DNA of 64,000 nt from Escherichia coli O157:H7 (lineage in GTDB: Bacteria; Pseudomonadota; Gammaproteobacteria; Enterobacterales; Enterobacteriaceae). The notes under the pieces were generated by a model. The model saw nothing but the letters and a program-made list of their open reading frames with translations, did no database searches and was not told where the DNA came from. Numbering within the stretch: the stretch's first letter is position 1; every line of letters starts with the position of its first letter. The DNA lies in assembly GCF_013167455.1 (NCBI RefSeq), contig NZ_CP038328.1. The stretch is one strand, 5' to 3'. This document shows, one piece after another, positions 1 to 12,999 of this stretch. Made by a program: the position numbers and the translations under genes.

Positions 1-221
1 TCGTTTGCTGCGCCGCGCATAGAACCGCCCTCTTCTCCGTGTTGCCCGGAAAGCCAGTTGCTTTGCTTACCTGTCGCAGTACCAATCAGCTGGCACTCTG
101 CGCCTGGCTGCTCGTCCACAATGCGTACACTCTGACCGGCAGCACTCAATTCGTTGCTGGAGCTACAACCCGCCATCAGTAGCGCGGCACCGACAATCCC
201 TGCTAAGTATTTTACGTGCAT
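1..221 (-). CDS. yjeI: YjeI-like lipoprotein, 5' part only (gene runs off window start)
   Basis: Reverse-strand translation from ATG at 221 reads MHVKYLAGIVGAALLMAGCSSSNELSAAGQSVRIVDEQ..., with signal peptide and lipobox (LMAGC); open to window edge. Confidence 0.75.
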   Translation of the reverse strand, partial: MHVKYLAGIVGAALLMAGCSSSNELSAAGQSVRIVDEQPGAECQLIGTATGKQSNWLSGQHGEEGGSMRGAAN

Positions 222-301
222 GTTATTCCCCATAATCAATGAGCTGGACGCCACTCGCGTCGTCCGTGTCTGAATCTTATACTAGAAAGATGACCAAAAG
301 A

Positions 302-340
302 AAAACCCCCAGACATTTCTGCCCGGGGGTTTGTTTATTT
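302..340 (-). terminator. GC-rich hairpin flanked by A/T runs between yjeI and groEL; likely groESL terminator
   Basis: cccccag...ctggggg-type inverted repeat with flanking T/A runs, immediately 3' of groEL stop. Confidence 0.5.
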
Positions 341-358
341 CTGCGAGGTGCAGGGCAA

Positions 359-2017
<1,659 letters not shown>

Positions 2018-2048
2018 TTAAATTCGTATGTTCAGTGTCGTGCGAGGA

Positions 2049-2393
<345 letters not shown>

Positions 2394-2419
2394 TTACGTG
2401 GTTTCCCGGCTGGTGACCA

Positions 2420-2452
2420 GAGAAATGGGGATGAGGCTTCGCCCCTTCAAGG
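2420..2452 (-). promoter_or_regulatory. sigma32 (RpoH) heat-shock promoter of groESL
   Basis: On the minus strand CTTGAA (-35) then 15-nt spacer then CCCCATTT (-10), matching the sigma32 consensus, ~80 nt upstream of groES ATG. Confidence 0.8.
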
Positions 2453-2617
2453 GGGAAAAAGAAAAAAAATTCTGATCAGCACAAAATCGGGTGAAAACCC
2501 TGATTCACCTCACATTTCATCGCAATTTCTTCATCGCCGTCATAAGCGAATCTGATTGTGCTACCATCGAAAATCTACGCAGTTGCCCAAAATTTGGGCG
2601 CAATCGGACATCAACCC

Positions 2618-3874
2618 ATGAGTGGACTCAAACAAGAACTGGGGCTGGCCCAGGGCATTGGCCTGCTATCGACGTCATTATTAGGCACTGGCGTGTTTGC
2701 CGTTCCTGCGTTAGCTGCACTGGTAGCGGGCAATAACAGCCTGTGGGCGTGGCCCATTTTGATTATCTTAGTGTTCCCGATTGCGATTGTGTTTGCGATT
2801 CTGGGTCGCCACTATCCCAGCGCAGGCGGCGTCGCGCACTTCGTCGGTATGGCGTTTGGTTCGCGGCTTGAGCGAGTCACCGGCTGGCTGTTTTTATCGG
2901 TCATTCCCGTGGGTTTGCCTGCCGCGCTACAAATTGCTGCCGGATTCGGCCAGGCAATGTTTGGCTGGCATAGCTGGCAACTGTTGTTGGCAGAACTCGG
3001 TACGCTGGCGTTGGTGTGGTATATCGGTACTCGCGGTGCCAGTTCCAGTGCAAATCTACAAACAGTTATTGCCGGACTTATCGTCGCACTGATTGTCGCT
3101 ATCTGGTGGGCGGGCGATATCAAACCTGCGAGTATCCCCTTCCCCGCGCCAGGAAATATCGAACTTACCGGGTTATTTGCTGCGTTATCAGTGATGTTCT
3201 GGTGTTTTGTCGGTCTGGAAGCATTTGCCCATCTTGCCTCGGAATTTAAAAATCCAGAACGTGATTTTCCTCGTGCTTTGATGATTGGTCTGCTGCTGGC
3301 AGGATTAGTCTACTGGGGCTGTACGGTAGTCGTCTTACACTTCGACGCCTATGGTGAACAAATGGCCGCGGCAGCATCGCTTCCAAAAATTGTAGTACAA
3401 CTGTTCGGTGTAGGAGCGTTATGGATTGCCTGCGTAATTGGCTATCTGGCCTGCTTTGCCAGTCTCAACATTTATATACAGAGCTTCGCCCGCCTGGTCT
3501 GGTCGCAGGCGCAACATAATCCTGACCACTACCTGGCACGCCTCTCTTCTCGCCATATCCCGAATAATGCCCTCAATGCGGTGCTCGGCTGCTGCGTGGT
3601 GAGCACGTTGGTGATTCATGCTTTAGAGATCAATCTGGACGCTCTTATTATTTATGCCAATGGCATCTTTATTATGATTTATCTGTTATGCATGCTGGCA
3701 GGCTGTAAATTATTGCAAGGTCGTTATCGACTACTGGCGGTGGTTGGCGGGCTGTTATGCGTTCTGTTACTGGCAATGGTCGGCTGGAAAAGTCTCTATG
3801 CGCTGATCATGCTGGCGGGGTTATGGCTGTTTCTGCCAAAACGAAAAACGCCGGAAAATGGCATAACCACATAA
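2618..3874 (+). CDS. yjeH: APC-family amino-acid exporter YjeH, 418 aa
   Basis: Start moved to in-frame ATG (MSGLKQELGLAQGIGLLSTSLLGTGVFAVPALA...); multi-pass hydrophobic protein. Confidence 0.9.
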   Translation: MSGLKQELGLAQGIGLLSTSLLGTGVFAVPALAALVAGNNSLWAWPILIILVFPIAIVFAILGRHYPSAGGVAHFVGMAFGSRLERVTGWLFLSVIPVGLPAALQIAAGFGQAMFGWHSWQLLLAELGTLALVWYIGTRGASSSANLQTVIAGLIVALIVAIWWAGDIKPASIPFPAPGNIELTGLFAALSVMFWCFVGLEAFAHLASEFKNPERDFPRALMIGLLLAGLVYWGCTVVVLHFDAYGEQMAAAASLPKIVVQLFGVGALWIACVIGYLACFASLNIYIQSFARLVWSQAQHNPDHYLARLSSRHIPNNALNAVLGCCVVSTLVIHALEINLDALIIYANGIFIMIYLLCMLAGCKLLQGRYRLLAVVGGLLCVLLLAMVGWKSLYALIMLAGLWLFLPKRKTPENGITT

Positions 3875-3889
3875 TCCGGCGTTTCGACA

Positions 3890-4366
3890 TTAATCCTGGC
3901 GATCGTCTTTATGATCAAGGCGGTCGCGGTCATCATCCTTTCGCTGGTACTCACCATCAAAAGTATTACCGCCACCGGTCCCGGCGCTAAAACCGCCGCC
4001 TGGCATGCGAGAAAAGCGCAAATGCGGCATCAACTTCACTGTCAGATGCTTTTGCACCGGCGGCAATAAAAGCAGAAGACCGAGGAAGTCGGTGAAAAAG
4101 CCCGGTAATAAAAGCAGCAAACCGGCAATGATCAGCGAAACACTTTTAATCATCTCCGCCGCTGGGTTTTCACCCGCCGCCATTTTTTGCTGCATCAGCA
4201 CGAAATTCTTAAAGCCCTGGTTACGTACCAGTGACATACCGATAACTGACGTAAATATAACCAGCACGAGAGTCAGCAATACCCCCAATACATGGGCAAC
4301 CTGAATAAAGATTGAAATCTCAATATAGACATAAAGGAAAATGGCAATAAAAGGTAACCAGCGCAA
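3890..4366 (-). CDS. fxsA: FxsA inner-membrane protein, 158 aa
   Basis: MRWLPFIAIFLYVYIEISIFIQVAHVLGVLLTLVLV...; acidic C-terminal tail. Confidence 0.9.
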   Translation of the reverse strand: MRWLPFIAIFLYVYIEISIFIQVAHVLGVLLTLVLVIFTSVIGMSLVRNQGFKNFVLMQQKMAAGENPAAEMIKSVSLIIAGLLLLLPGFFTDFLGLLLLLPPVQKHLTVKLMPHLRFSRMPGGGFSAGTGGGNTFDGEYQRKDDDRDRLDHKDDRQD

Positions 4367-4502
4367 AGGTTTCTCCTGTAATAGCAGCCGGTTAAACCCG
4401 GCTACCTGAATGGGTTGCGAATCGCGTTCAGCTTATATTGTGGTCATTAGCAAAATTTCAAGATATTTGCGCAACTATTTTTGGTAGTAATCCCAAAGCG
4501 GT

Positions 4503-4520
4503 GATCTATTTCACAAATTA
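4503..4520. promoter_or_regulatory. Dyad resembling a CRP/FNR-type site in the aspA promoter region
   Basis: gTGATctatttCACAa about 190 nt upstream of aspA ATG; aspA is known to be CRP/FNR controlled; site not verified. Confidence 0.3.
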
Positions 4521-4702
4521 ATAATTAAGGGGTAAAAACCGACACTTAAAGTGATCCAGATTACGGTAGAAATCCTCAAGCAGCATATGATCTCGGATAT
4601 TCGGTCGATGCAGGGGATAATCGTCGGTCGAAAAACATTCGAAACCACATATATTCTGTGTGTTTAAAGCAAATCATTGGCAGCTTGAAAAAGAAGGTTC
4701 AC

Positions 4703-6139
4703 ATGTCAAACAACATTCGTATCGAAGAAGATCTGTTGGGTACCAGGGAAGTTCCAGCTGATGCCTACTATGGTGTTCACACTCTGAGAGCGATTGAAAA
4801 CTTCTATATCAGCAACAACAAAATCAGTGATATTCCTGAATTTGTTCGCGGTATGGTAATGGTTAAAAAAGCCGCAGCTATGGCAAACAAAGAGCTGCAA
4901 ACCATTCCTAAAAGTGTAGCGAATGCCATCATTGCCGCATGTGATGAAGTCCTGAACAACGGAAAATGCATGGATCAGTTCCCGGTAGACGTCTACCAGG
5001 GCGGCGCAGGTACTTCCGTAAACATGAACACCAACGAAGTGCTGGCCAATATCGGTCTGGAACTGATGGGTCACCAGAAAGGTGAATATCAGTACCTGAA
5101 CCCGAACGACCATGTTAACAAATGTCAGTCCACTAACGACGCCTACCCGACCGGTTTCCGTATCGCAGTTTACTCTTCCCTGATTAAGCTGGTAGATGCG
5201 ATTAACCAATTGCGTGAAGGCTTTGAACGTAAAGCGGTCGAATTCCAGGACATCCTGAAAATGGGTCGTACCCAGCTGCAGGACGCAGTACCGATGACCC
5301 TCGGTCAGGAATTCCGCGCTTTCAGCATCCTGCTGAAAGAAGAAGTGAAAAACATCCAACGTACCGCTGAACTGCTGCTGGAAGTTAACCTTGGCGCAAC
5401 AGCAATCGGTACTGGTCTGAACACGCCGAAAGAGTACTCTCCGCTGGCAGTGAAAAAACTGGCTGAAGTTACTGGCTTCCCATGCGTACCGGCTGAAGAC
5501 CTGATCGAAGCGACCTCTGACTGCGGCGCTTATGTTATGGTTCACGGAGCGCTGAAACGCCTGGCTGTGAAGATGTCCAAAATCTGTAACGACCTGCGCT
5601 TGCTCTCTTCTGGTCCACGTGCCGGCCTGAACGAGATCAACCTGCCGGAACTGCAGGCGGGCTCTTCCATCATGCCAGCTAAAGTAAACCCGGTTGTTCC
5701 GGAAGTGGTTAACCAGGTATGCTTCAAAGTCATCGGTAACGACACCACTGTTACCATGGCAGCAGAAGCAGGTCAGCTGCAGTTGAACGTTATGGAGCCG
5801 GTCATTGGCCAGGCTATGTTCGAATCCGTTCACATTCTGACCAACGCTTGCTACAACCTGCTGGAAAAATGCATTAACGGCATCACTGCTAACAAAGAAG
5901 TGTGCGAAGGTTACGTTTACAACTCTATCGGTATCGTTACTTACCTGAACCCGTTCATCGGTCACCACAACGGTGACATCGTGGGTAAAATCTGTGCCGA
6001 AACCGGTAAGAGTGTACGTGAAGTCGTTCTGGAACGCGGTCTGTTGACTGAAGCGGAACTTGACGATATTTTCTCCGTACAGAATCTGATGCACCCGGCT
6101 TACAAAGCAAAACGCTATACTGATGAAAGCGAACAGTAA
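4703..6139 (+). CDS. aspA: Aspartate ammonia-lyase (aspartase), 478 aa
   Basis: [34 protein letters not shown]...; fumarase/aspartase family motif [11 protein letters not shown] present. Confidence 0.97.
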
Positions 6140-6159
6140 TCGTACAGGGTAGTACAAAT

Positions 6160-6192
6160 AAAAAAGGCACGTCAGATGACGTGCCTTTTTTC
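6160..6192. terminator. Rho-independent terminator after aspA (possibly bidirectional)
   Basis: aaaaaaggcacgtca-ga-tgacgtgcctttttt: perfect stem flanked by A-run and T-run. Confidence 0.8.
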
Positions 6193-6256
6193 TTGTGAGC
6201 AGTAACTTAAAAATAACAATCTAATATCAACTTGTTAAAAAACAAGGAAGGCTAAT

Positions 6257-7558
6257 ATGCTAGTTGTAGAACTCATCATAGTTTTGCTGGCGATCTTCTT
6301 GGGCGCCAGATTGGGGGGAATAGGTATTGGTTTTGCAGGCGGATTGGGGGTGCTGGTTCTTGCCGCTATTGGCGTTAAACCCGGTAACATCCCGTTCGAT
6401 GTCATTTCCATTATCATGGCGGTTATCGCCGCTATTTCTGCCATGCAGGTTGCTGGCGGTCTGGACTATCTGGTTCATCAGACAGAAAAGCTGCTGCGCC
6501 GTAACCCGAAATACATCACGATCCTCGCACCGATCGTGACCTATTTCCTGACTATCTTTGCTGGTACTGGCAACATCTCTCTGGCGACACTGCCAGTTAT
6601 CGCTGAAGTTGCGAAGGAACAAGGCGTTAAACCTTGCCGTCCGCTGTCTACTGCAGTGGTATCCGCGCAGATTGCGATCACCGCATCGCCAATCTCAGCG
6701 GCAGTGGTTTACATGTCTTCCGTGATGGAAGGTCATGGCATCAGCTACCTCCATCTGCTCTCCGTGGTCATCCCGTCCACCCTGCTGGCGGTTCTGGTGA
6801 TGTCCTTCCTGGTCACTATGCTGTTCAACTCCAAACTCTCTGACGATCCGATTTATCGCAAGCGTCTGGAAGAGGGCCTGGTTGAACTGCGCGGTGAAAA
6901 GCAGATTGAAATCAAATCCGGTGCAAAAACGTCCGTCTGGCTGTTCCTGCTGGGCGTAGTTGGCGTGGTTATCTATGCAATCATCAACAGCCCAAGCATG
7001 GGTCTGGTTGAAAAACCGCTGATGAACACCACCAACGCAATCCTGATCATCATGCTCAGTGTTGCAACTCTGACCACCGTTATCTGTAAAGTCGATACCG
7101 ACAACATCCTCAACTCCAGCACCTTCAAAGCAGGTATGAGCGCCTGTATTTGTATCCTGGGTGTTGCGTGGCTGGGCGATACTTTCGTTTCCAACAACAT
7201 CGACTGGATCAAAGATACCGCTGGTGAAGTGATTCAGGGTCATCCGTGGCTGCTGGCCGTCATCTTCTTCTTTGCTTCTGCTCTGCTGTACTCTCAGGCT
7301 GCAACCGCAAAAGCACTGATGCCGATGGCTCTGGCACTGAACGTTTCTCCGCTGACCGCTGTTGCTTCTTTCGCTGCGGTGTCTGGTCTGTTCATTCTGC
7401 CGACCTACCCGACGCTGGTTGCTGCGGTACAGATGGATGACACGGGTACTACCCGTATCGGTAAATTCGTCTTCAACCATCCGTTCTTCATCCCGGGTAC
7501 TCTGGGTGTTGCCCTGGCCGTTTGCTTCGGCTTCGTGCTGGGTAGCTTCATGCTGTAA
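6257..7558 (+). CDS. dcuA: Anaerobic C4-dicarboxylate transporter DcuA, 433 aa
   Basis: MLVVELIIVLLAIFLGARLGGIGIGFAGGLGVLVLAAIGVKPG...; SD aaggaag upstream. Confidence 0.97.
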   Translation: MLVVELIIVLLAIFLGARLGGIGIGFAGGLGVLVLAAIGVKPGNIPFDVISIIMAVIAAISAMQVAGGLDYLVHQTEKLLRRNPKYITILAPIVTYFLTIFAGTGNISLATLPVIAEVAKEQGVKPCRPLSTAVVSAQIAITASPISAAVVYMSSVMEGHGISYLHLLSVVIPSTLLAVLVMSFLVTMLFNSKLSDDPIYRKRLEEGLVELRGEKQIEIKSGAKTSVWLFLLGVVGVVIYAIINSPSMGLVEKPLMNTTNAILIIMLSVATLTTVICKVDTDNILNSSTFKAGMSACICILGVAWLGDTFVSNNIDWIKDTAGEVIQGHPWLLAVIFFFASALLYSQAATAKALMPMALALNVSPLTAVASFAAVSGLFILPTYPTLVAAVQMDDTGTTRIGKFVFNHPFFIPGTLGVALAVCFGFVLGSFML

Positions 7559-7566
7559 TGACCAAT

Positions 7567-7596
7567 CGCGGGGCGTTCACGCCCCGCTTTCTTTCT
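7567..7596 (+). terminator. Rho-independent terminator after dcuA
   Basis: cgcggggcg-ttcac-gccccgc followed by tttctttct. Confidence 0.7.
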
Positions 7597-7673
7597 CGCC
7601 GACTAACATCCTTTCCCCGTCCGTTGTATAGTGACCTCTCTCTTGCGGTTCCATCTGTTCTTGCGAGGTGTTT

Positions 7674-8012
7674 ATGCTTGATGAAAAAAGTTCGAATACC
7701 GCGTCTGTCGTGGTGCTATGTACCGCACCGGATGAAGCGACAGCCCAGGATTTAGCCGCCAAAGTGCTGGCGGAAAAACTGGCGGCCTGCGCGACCTTGA
7801 TCCCCGGCGCTACCTCTCTCTATTACTGGGAAGGTAAGCTGGAGCAAGAATACGAAGTGCAGATGATTTTAAAAACTACCGTATCTCACCAGCAGGCACT
7901 GCTGGAATGCCTGAAGTCTCATCATCCATATCAAACCCCGGAACTTCTGGTTTTACCTGTTACACACGGAGACACAGATTACCTCTCATGGCTCAACGCA
8001 TCTTTACGCTGA
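7674..8012 (+). CDS. cutA: Divalent-cation tolerance protein CutA, 112 aa
   Basis: [55 protein letters not shown]...; 3' end overlaps dsbD start. Confidence 0.9.
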
Positions 8013-9685
8013 TCCTGCTACTTTGCAGCACTTCCGTTTTTGCCGGATTATTCGACGCGCCGGGACGTTCACAATTTGTCCCCGTGGATCAAGCCTTTGC
8101 TTTTGATTTTCAGCAAAACCAACATGACCTTAATCTGACCTGGCAGATCAAAGACGGTTACTACCTCTACCGTAAACAGATCCGCATTACGCCGGAACAC
8201 GCGAAAATTGCCGACGTGCAGCTGCCGCAAGGCGTCTGGCATGAAGATGAGTTTTACGGCAAAAGCGAGATTTACCGCGATCGGCTGACGCTTCCCGTAA
8301 CCATCAACCAGGCGAGTGCGGGAGCGACGTTAACTGTCACCTACCAGGGCTGTGCTGATGCCGGTTTCTGTTATCCGCCAGAAACCAAAACCGTTCCGTT
8401 AAGCGAAGTGGTCGCCAACAACGCAGCGTCACAGCCTGTGTCTGTTCCGCAGCAAGAGCAGCCCACCGCGCAATTGCCCTTTTCCGCGCTCTGGGCGTTG
8501 TTGATCGGTATTGGTATCGCCTTTACGCCATGCGTGCTGCCAATGTACCCACTGATTTCTGGCATCGTGCTGGGTGGTAAACAGCGGCTCTCCACTGCCA
8601 GAGCATTGTTGCTGACCTTTATTTATGTGCAGGGGATGGCACTGACTTACACGGCGCTGGGTCTGGTAGTTGCCGCCGCAGGGTTACAGTTCCAGGCGGC
8701 GCTACAGCACCCATACGTGCTCATTGGCCTCACCATCGTCTTTACCTTGCTGGCGATGTCAATGTTTGGCTTGCTTACTCTACAACTCCCCTCCTCGCTG
8801 CAAACGCGCCTCACGCTGATGAGCAATCGCCAACAGGGCGGCTCACCCGGCGGAGTGTTTATTATGGGGACGATTGCCGGACTGATCTGTTCACCATGCA
8901 CCACCGCACCGCTTAGCGCGATTCTGCTGTATATCGCCCAAAGCGGGAACATGTGGCTGGGCGGCGGCACGCTTTATCTCTATGCGTTGGGCATGGGCCT
9001 GCCGCTGATGCTAATTACCGTCTTTGGTAACCGCTTGCTGCCGAAAAGCGGCCCGTGGATGGAACAAGTCAAAACCGCGTTTGGTTTTGTGATCCTCGCA
9101 CTGCCGGTCTTCCTGCTGGAGCGAGTGATTGGTGATGTATGGGGATTACGCTTGTGGTCGGCGCTGGGTGTCGCATTCTTTGGCTGGGCCTTTATCACCA
9201 GCCTACAGGCCAAACGCGGCTGGATGCGCGTGGTGCAAATAATCCTGCTTGCAGCGGCATTGGTTAGCGTGCGCCCACTTCAGGATTGGGCATTTGGTGC
9301 GACGCATACCGCGCAAACTCAGACGCATCTCAACTTTACACAAATCAAAACGGTAGATGAGTTAAATCAGGCGCTCGTTGAAGCCAAAGGCAAACCGGTG
9401 ATGTTAGATCTTTATGCCGACTGGTGCGTCGCCTGTAAAGAGTTTGAGAAATACACCTTCAGCGACCCGCAGGTGCAAAAAGCGTTAGCAGACACGGTAT
9501 TACTTCAGGCCAACGTCACTGCCAACGACGCACAAGATGTGGCGCTGTTAAAGCATCTTAATGTCCTTGGCCTACCGACAATTCTCTTTTTTGACGGACA
9601 AGGCCAGGAGCATCCACAAGCACGCGTCACGGGCTTTATGGATGCTGAAACCTTCAGCGCACATTTGCGCGATCGCCAACCGTGA
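7988..9685 (+). CDS. dsbD: Thiol:disulfide interchange protein DsbD, 565 aa
   Basis: [19 protein letters not shown] signal peptide; central membrane domain; C-terminal thioredoxin-like domain with CVAC motif ([12 protein letters not shown]). Confidence 0.95.
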
Positions 9686-9721
9686 ACGACACTTGCAGTG
9701 GGAAAGACGGAGGAAAATAGC

Positions 9722-10297
9722 GTGCAACGTGAAGATGTACTGGGAGAAGCCCTGAAATTATTAGAATTACAAGGGATTGCCAACACCACGCTGGAGATGG
9801 TTGCTGAACGTGTGGATTATCCACTGGACGAGCTACGCCGCTTCTGGCCAGACAAAGAGGCAATCCTCTACGATGCGCTGCGTTATCTTAGCCAACAGAT
9901 AGATGTCTGGCGTCGTCAGCTGATGCTGGACGAAACGCAAACCGCCGAACAAAAGCTGCTGGCACGTTATCAGGCGTTATCGGAGTGCGTTAAAAACAAC
10001 CGCTATCCGGGCTGTCTGTTTATCGCTGCCTGTACGTTTTATCCCGATCCTGGCCACCCTATTCATCAACTGGCCGATCAGCAAAAAAGCGCGGCCTACG
10101 ATTTCACCCACGAACTGTTAACCACGCTGGAAGTTGACGATCCGGCGATGGTAGCAAAGCAGATGGAACTGGTGCTGGAAGGCTGTTTAAGCCGAATGCT
10201 GGTGAATCGTAGCCAGGCGGATGTCGACACCGCACATCGGCTGGCGGAAGATATCCTGCGCTTCGCCCGCTGCCGCCAGGGTGGTGCACTGACCTGA
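9722..10297 (+). CDS. yjdC: TetR-family transcriptional regulator YjdC, 191 aa (GTG start)
   Basis: [42 protein letters not shown]... HTH at N-terminus; ORF-track start 9698 is an alternative upstream GTG. Confidence 0.85.
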
Positions 10298-10403
10298 CAG
10301 AAACACAGAAAAGAAGCGATTTGCCGCAATCTTAAGCAGTTGAATCGCTTTTACTGAAATTAGGTTGACGAGATGTGCAGATTACGGTTTAATGCGCCCC
10401 GTT

Positions 10404-10479
10404 GCCCGGATAGCTCAGTCGGTAGAGCAGGGGATTGAAAATCCCCGTGTCCTTGGTTCAATTCCGAGTCCGGGCACCA
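10404..10479 (+). tRNA. pheU: tRNA-Phe (GAA anticodon), 76 nt with encoded CCA
   Basis: gcccggatagctcagtcggtagagcaggggattgaaaatccccgtgtccttggttcaattccgagtccgggcacca; cloverleaf arms and GAA anticodon loop readable. Confidence 0.97.
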
Positions 10480-10489
10480 AATTCATATA

Positions 10490-10517
10490 AACGGACCTCC
10501 ACGGAGGTCCGTTTTTC
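10490..10517 (+). terminator. Rho-independent terminator after tRNA-Phe
   Basis: acggacctcc-ac-ggaggtccgt followed by ttttcg. Confidence 0.85.
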
Positions 10518-11095
10518 GTTTCAGGACGCCACGATTTAAGTGTTCTGCCTCCAAATCAATTCTACCGAACTCAACCCGATTCTCCCCACATCACCAGCAA
10601 TTTGCGGGCATATCCCAATTCGGGAAAATTTGTTCCTGAGCTATAGCACTAACTAACGTGAAATGTCGTGCGGCCCCGTGATGCTGTTGAACGTCAAATG
10701 ACGTCATCAGGAGCGTAACGCATCCATAAAGCGCAACATCGGTCTGAACGCCGACTGATGAGATTTTCTGAATGAGAACAAAGAGAAATGTATCAGTCCG
10801 CTTGCTCATGCAAAGACTAACAATCCATTAAAATAGTAAGCGCTCCGGACAATTTTCCATGGATTATTTTCTGAACATTTTTCTTTGGCAAAGATGATGA
10901 ATTTTGATGGTAAGGAATATTACTTCTGGTTCTCAGTAAAATCCTTTCGTAATACCATGTAATCAAGAAGTTTATGGCTGGTAAAAATAACGTCTTGCAT
11001 TCACCAATAATATGTAAATAAACCCATCTATAGATGGTAAAAATAGGTTGTGGCAATTATCATTGCATCATTCCCTTTTCGAATGAGTTTCTATT

Positions 11096-12634
11096 ATGCA
11101 ACAACCTGTAGTTCGCGTTGGCGAATGGCTTGTTACTCCGTCCATAAACCAAATTAGCCGCAATGGGCGTCAACTTACCCTTGAGCCGAGATTAATCGAC
11201 CTTCTGGTTTTCTTTGCTCAACACAGTGGCGAAGTACTTAGCAGGGATGAACTTATCGATAATGTCTGGAAGAGAAGTATTGTCACCAATCACGTTGTGA
11301 CGCAGAGTATCTCAGAACTACGTAAGTCATTAAAAGATAATGATGAAGATAGTCCTGTCTATATCGCTACTGTACCAAAGCGCGGCTATAAATTAATGGT
11401 GCCGGTTATCTGGTACAGCGAAGAAGAGGGAGAGGAAATAATGCTATCTTCGCCTCCCCCTATACCAGAGGCGGTTCCTGCCACAGATTCTCCCTCCCAC
11501 AGTCTTAACATTCAAAACACCGCAACGCCACCTGAACAATCCCCAGTTAAAAGCAAACGATTCACTACCTTTTGGGTATGGTTTTTTTTCCTGTTGTCCT
11601 TAGGTATCTGTGTAGCACTGGTAGCGTTTTCAAGTCTTGATACACGTCTTCCGATGAGCAAATCGCGTATTTTGCTCAATCCACGCGATATTGACATTAA
11701 TATGGTAAATAAAAGTTGTAACAGCTGGAGTTCCCCGTATCAGCTCTCTTACGCGATAGGCGTGGGTGATTTGGTGGCGACATCACTTAACACCTTCTCC
11801 ACCTTTATGGTGCATGACAAAATCAACTACAACATTGATGAACCGAGCAGTTCCGGTAAAACATTATCTATTGCGTTTGTTAATCAGCGCCAATACCGTG
11901 CTCAACAATGCTTTATGTCGATAAAATTGGTAGACAATGCAGATGGTTCAACCATGCTGGATAAACGTTATGTCATCACTAACGGTAATCAGCTGGCGAT
12001 TCAAAATGATTTACTGGAGAGTTTATCAAAAGCGTTAAACCAACCGTGGCCACAACGAATGCAGGAGACGCTCCAGCAAATTTTGCCTCATCGTGGTGCG
12101 TTATTAACTAATTTTTATCAGGCACATGATTATTTACTGCATGGCGATGATAAATCATTGAACCGTGCCAGTGAATTATTAGGTGAGATTGTTCAATCAT
12201 CCCCAGAATTTACCTACGCGAGAGCAGAAAAAGCATTAGTTGATATCGTGCGCCATTCTCAACATCCTTTAGATGAAAAACAATTAGCAGCACTGAACAC
12301 AGAAATAGATAACATTGTTACACTACCGGAATTGAATAACCTGTCCATTATATATCAAATAAAAGCGGTCAGTGCTCTGGTAAAAGGTAAAACAGATGAG
12401 TCTTACCAGGCGATAAATACTGGCATTGATCTTGAAATGTCCTGGCTAAATTATGTATTGCTTGGCAAGGTTTATGAAATGAAGGGGATGAACCGGGAAG
12501 CGGCTGATGCATATCTCACCGCCTTTAATTTACGCCCAGGGGCAAACACCCTTTACTGGATTGAAAATGGTATATTCCAGACTTCTGTTCCTTATGTTGT
12601 ACCTTATCTCGACAAATTTCTCGCTTCAGAATAA
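11096..12634 (+). CDS. cadC: ToxR-like membrane-integrated activator CadC, 512 aa
   Basis: MQQPVVRVGEWLVTPSINQISRNGRQLTLEPRLIDLLVFF... winged-helix N-terminus, single TM (FTTFWVWFFFLLSLGICVALVAF), periplasmic sensor domain. Confidence 0.97.
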   Translation: MQQPVVRVGEWLVTPSINQISRNGRQLTLEPRLIDLLVFFAQHSGEVLSRDELIDNVWKRSIVTNHVVTQSISELRKSLKDNDEDSPVYIATVPKRGYKLMVPVIWYSEEEGEEIMLSSPPPIPEAVPATDSPSHSLNIQNTATPPEQSPVKSKRFTTFWVWFFFLLSLGICVALVAFSSLDTRLPMSKSRILLNPRDIDINMVNKSCNSWSSPYQLSYAIGVGDLVATSLNTFSTFMVHDKINYNIDEPSSSGKTLSIAFVNQRQYRAQQCFMSIKLVDNADGSTMLDKRYVITNGNQLAIQNDLLESLSKALNQPWPQRMQETLQQILPHRGALLTNFYQAHDYLLHGDDKSLNRASELLGEIVQSSPEFTYARAEKALVDIVRHSQHPLDEKQLAALNTEIDNIVTLPELNNLSIIYQIKAVSALVKGKTDESYQAINTGIDLEMSWLNYVLLGKVYEMKGMNREAADAYLTAFNLRPGANTLYWIENGIFQTSVPYVVPYLDKFLASE

Positions 12635-12639
12635 GTAAC

Positions 12640-12999
12640 CCCCGGGTTGATTCATGCTCGGGAATATTTGTTGTTGAGTTTTTGTATGTTCCTGTTGGTA
12701 TAATATGTTGCGGCAATTTATTTGCCGCATAATTTTTATTACATAAATTTAACCAGAAGACGTCACGCAATCTATTGTAAACATTGAATGTTTATCTTTT
12801 CATGATATCAACTTGCGATCCTGATGTGTTAATAAAAAACCTCAAGTTCTCACTTACAGAAACTTTTGTGTTATTTCACCTAATCTTTAGGATTAATCCT
12901 TTTTTCGTGAGTAATCTTAGCGCCAGTTTGGTCTGGTCAGGAAATAGTTATACATCATGACCCGGACTCCAAATTCAAAAATGAAATTAGGAGAAGAGC
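12640..12999 (+). promoter_or_regulatory. cadBA promoter (Pcad) region with CadC-binding sites; AT-rich
   Basis: 360-bp AT-rich spacer between cadC and cadB; regulatory role known from literature; individual sites not mapped here. Confidence 0.5.

Noticed and set aside
9698..9721. Upstream GTG start for yjdC (ORF-track start 9698, MGKTEENS...)
   Set aside because: Both candidate starts are GTG; I chose 9722 because it gives the 191-aa protein length I recall for YjdC. Low-stakes ambiguity, noted for transparency.
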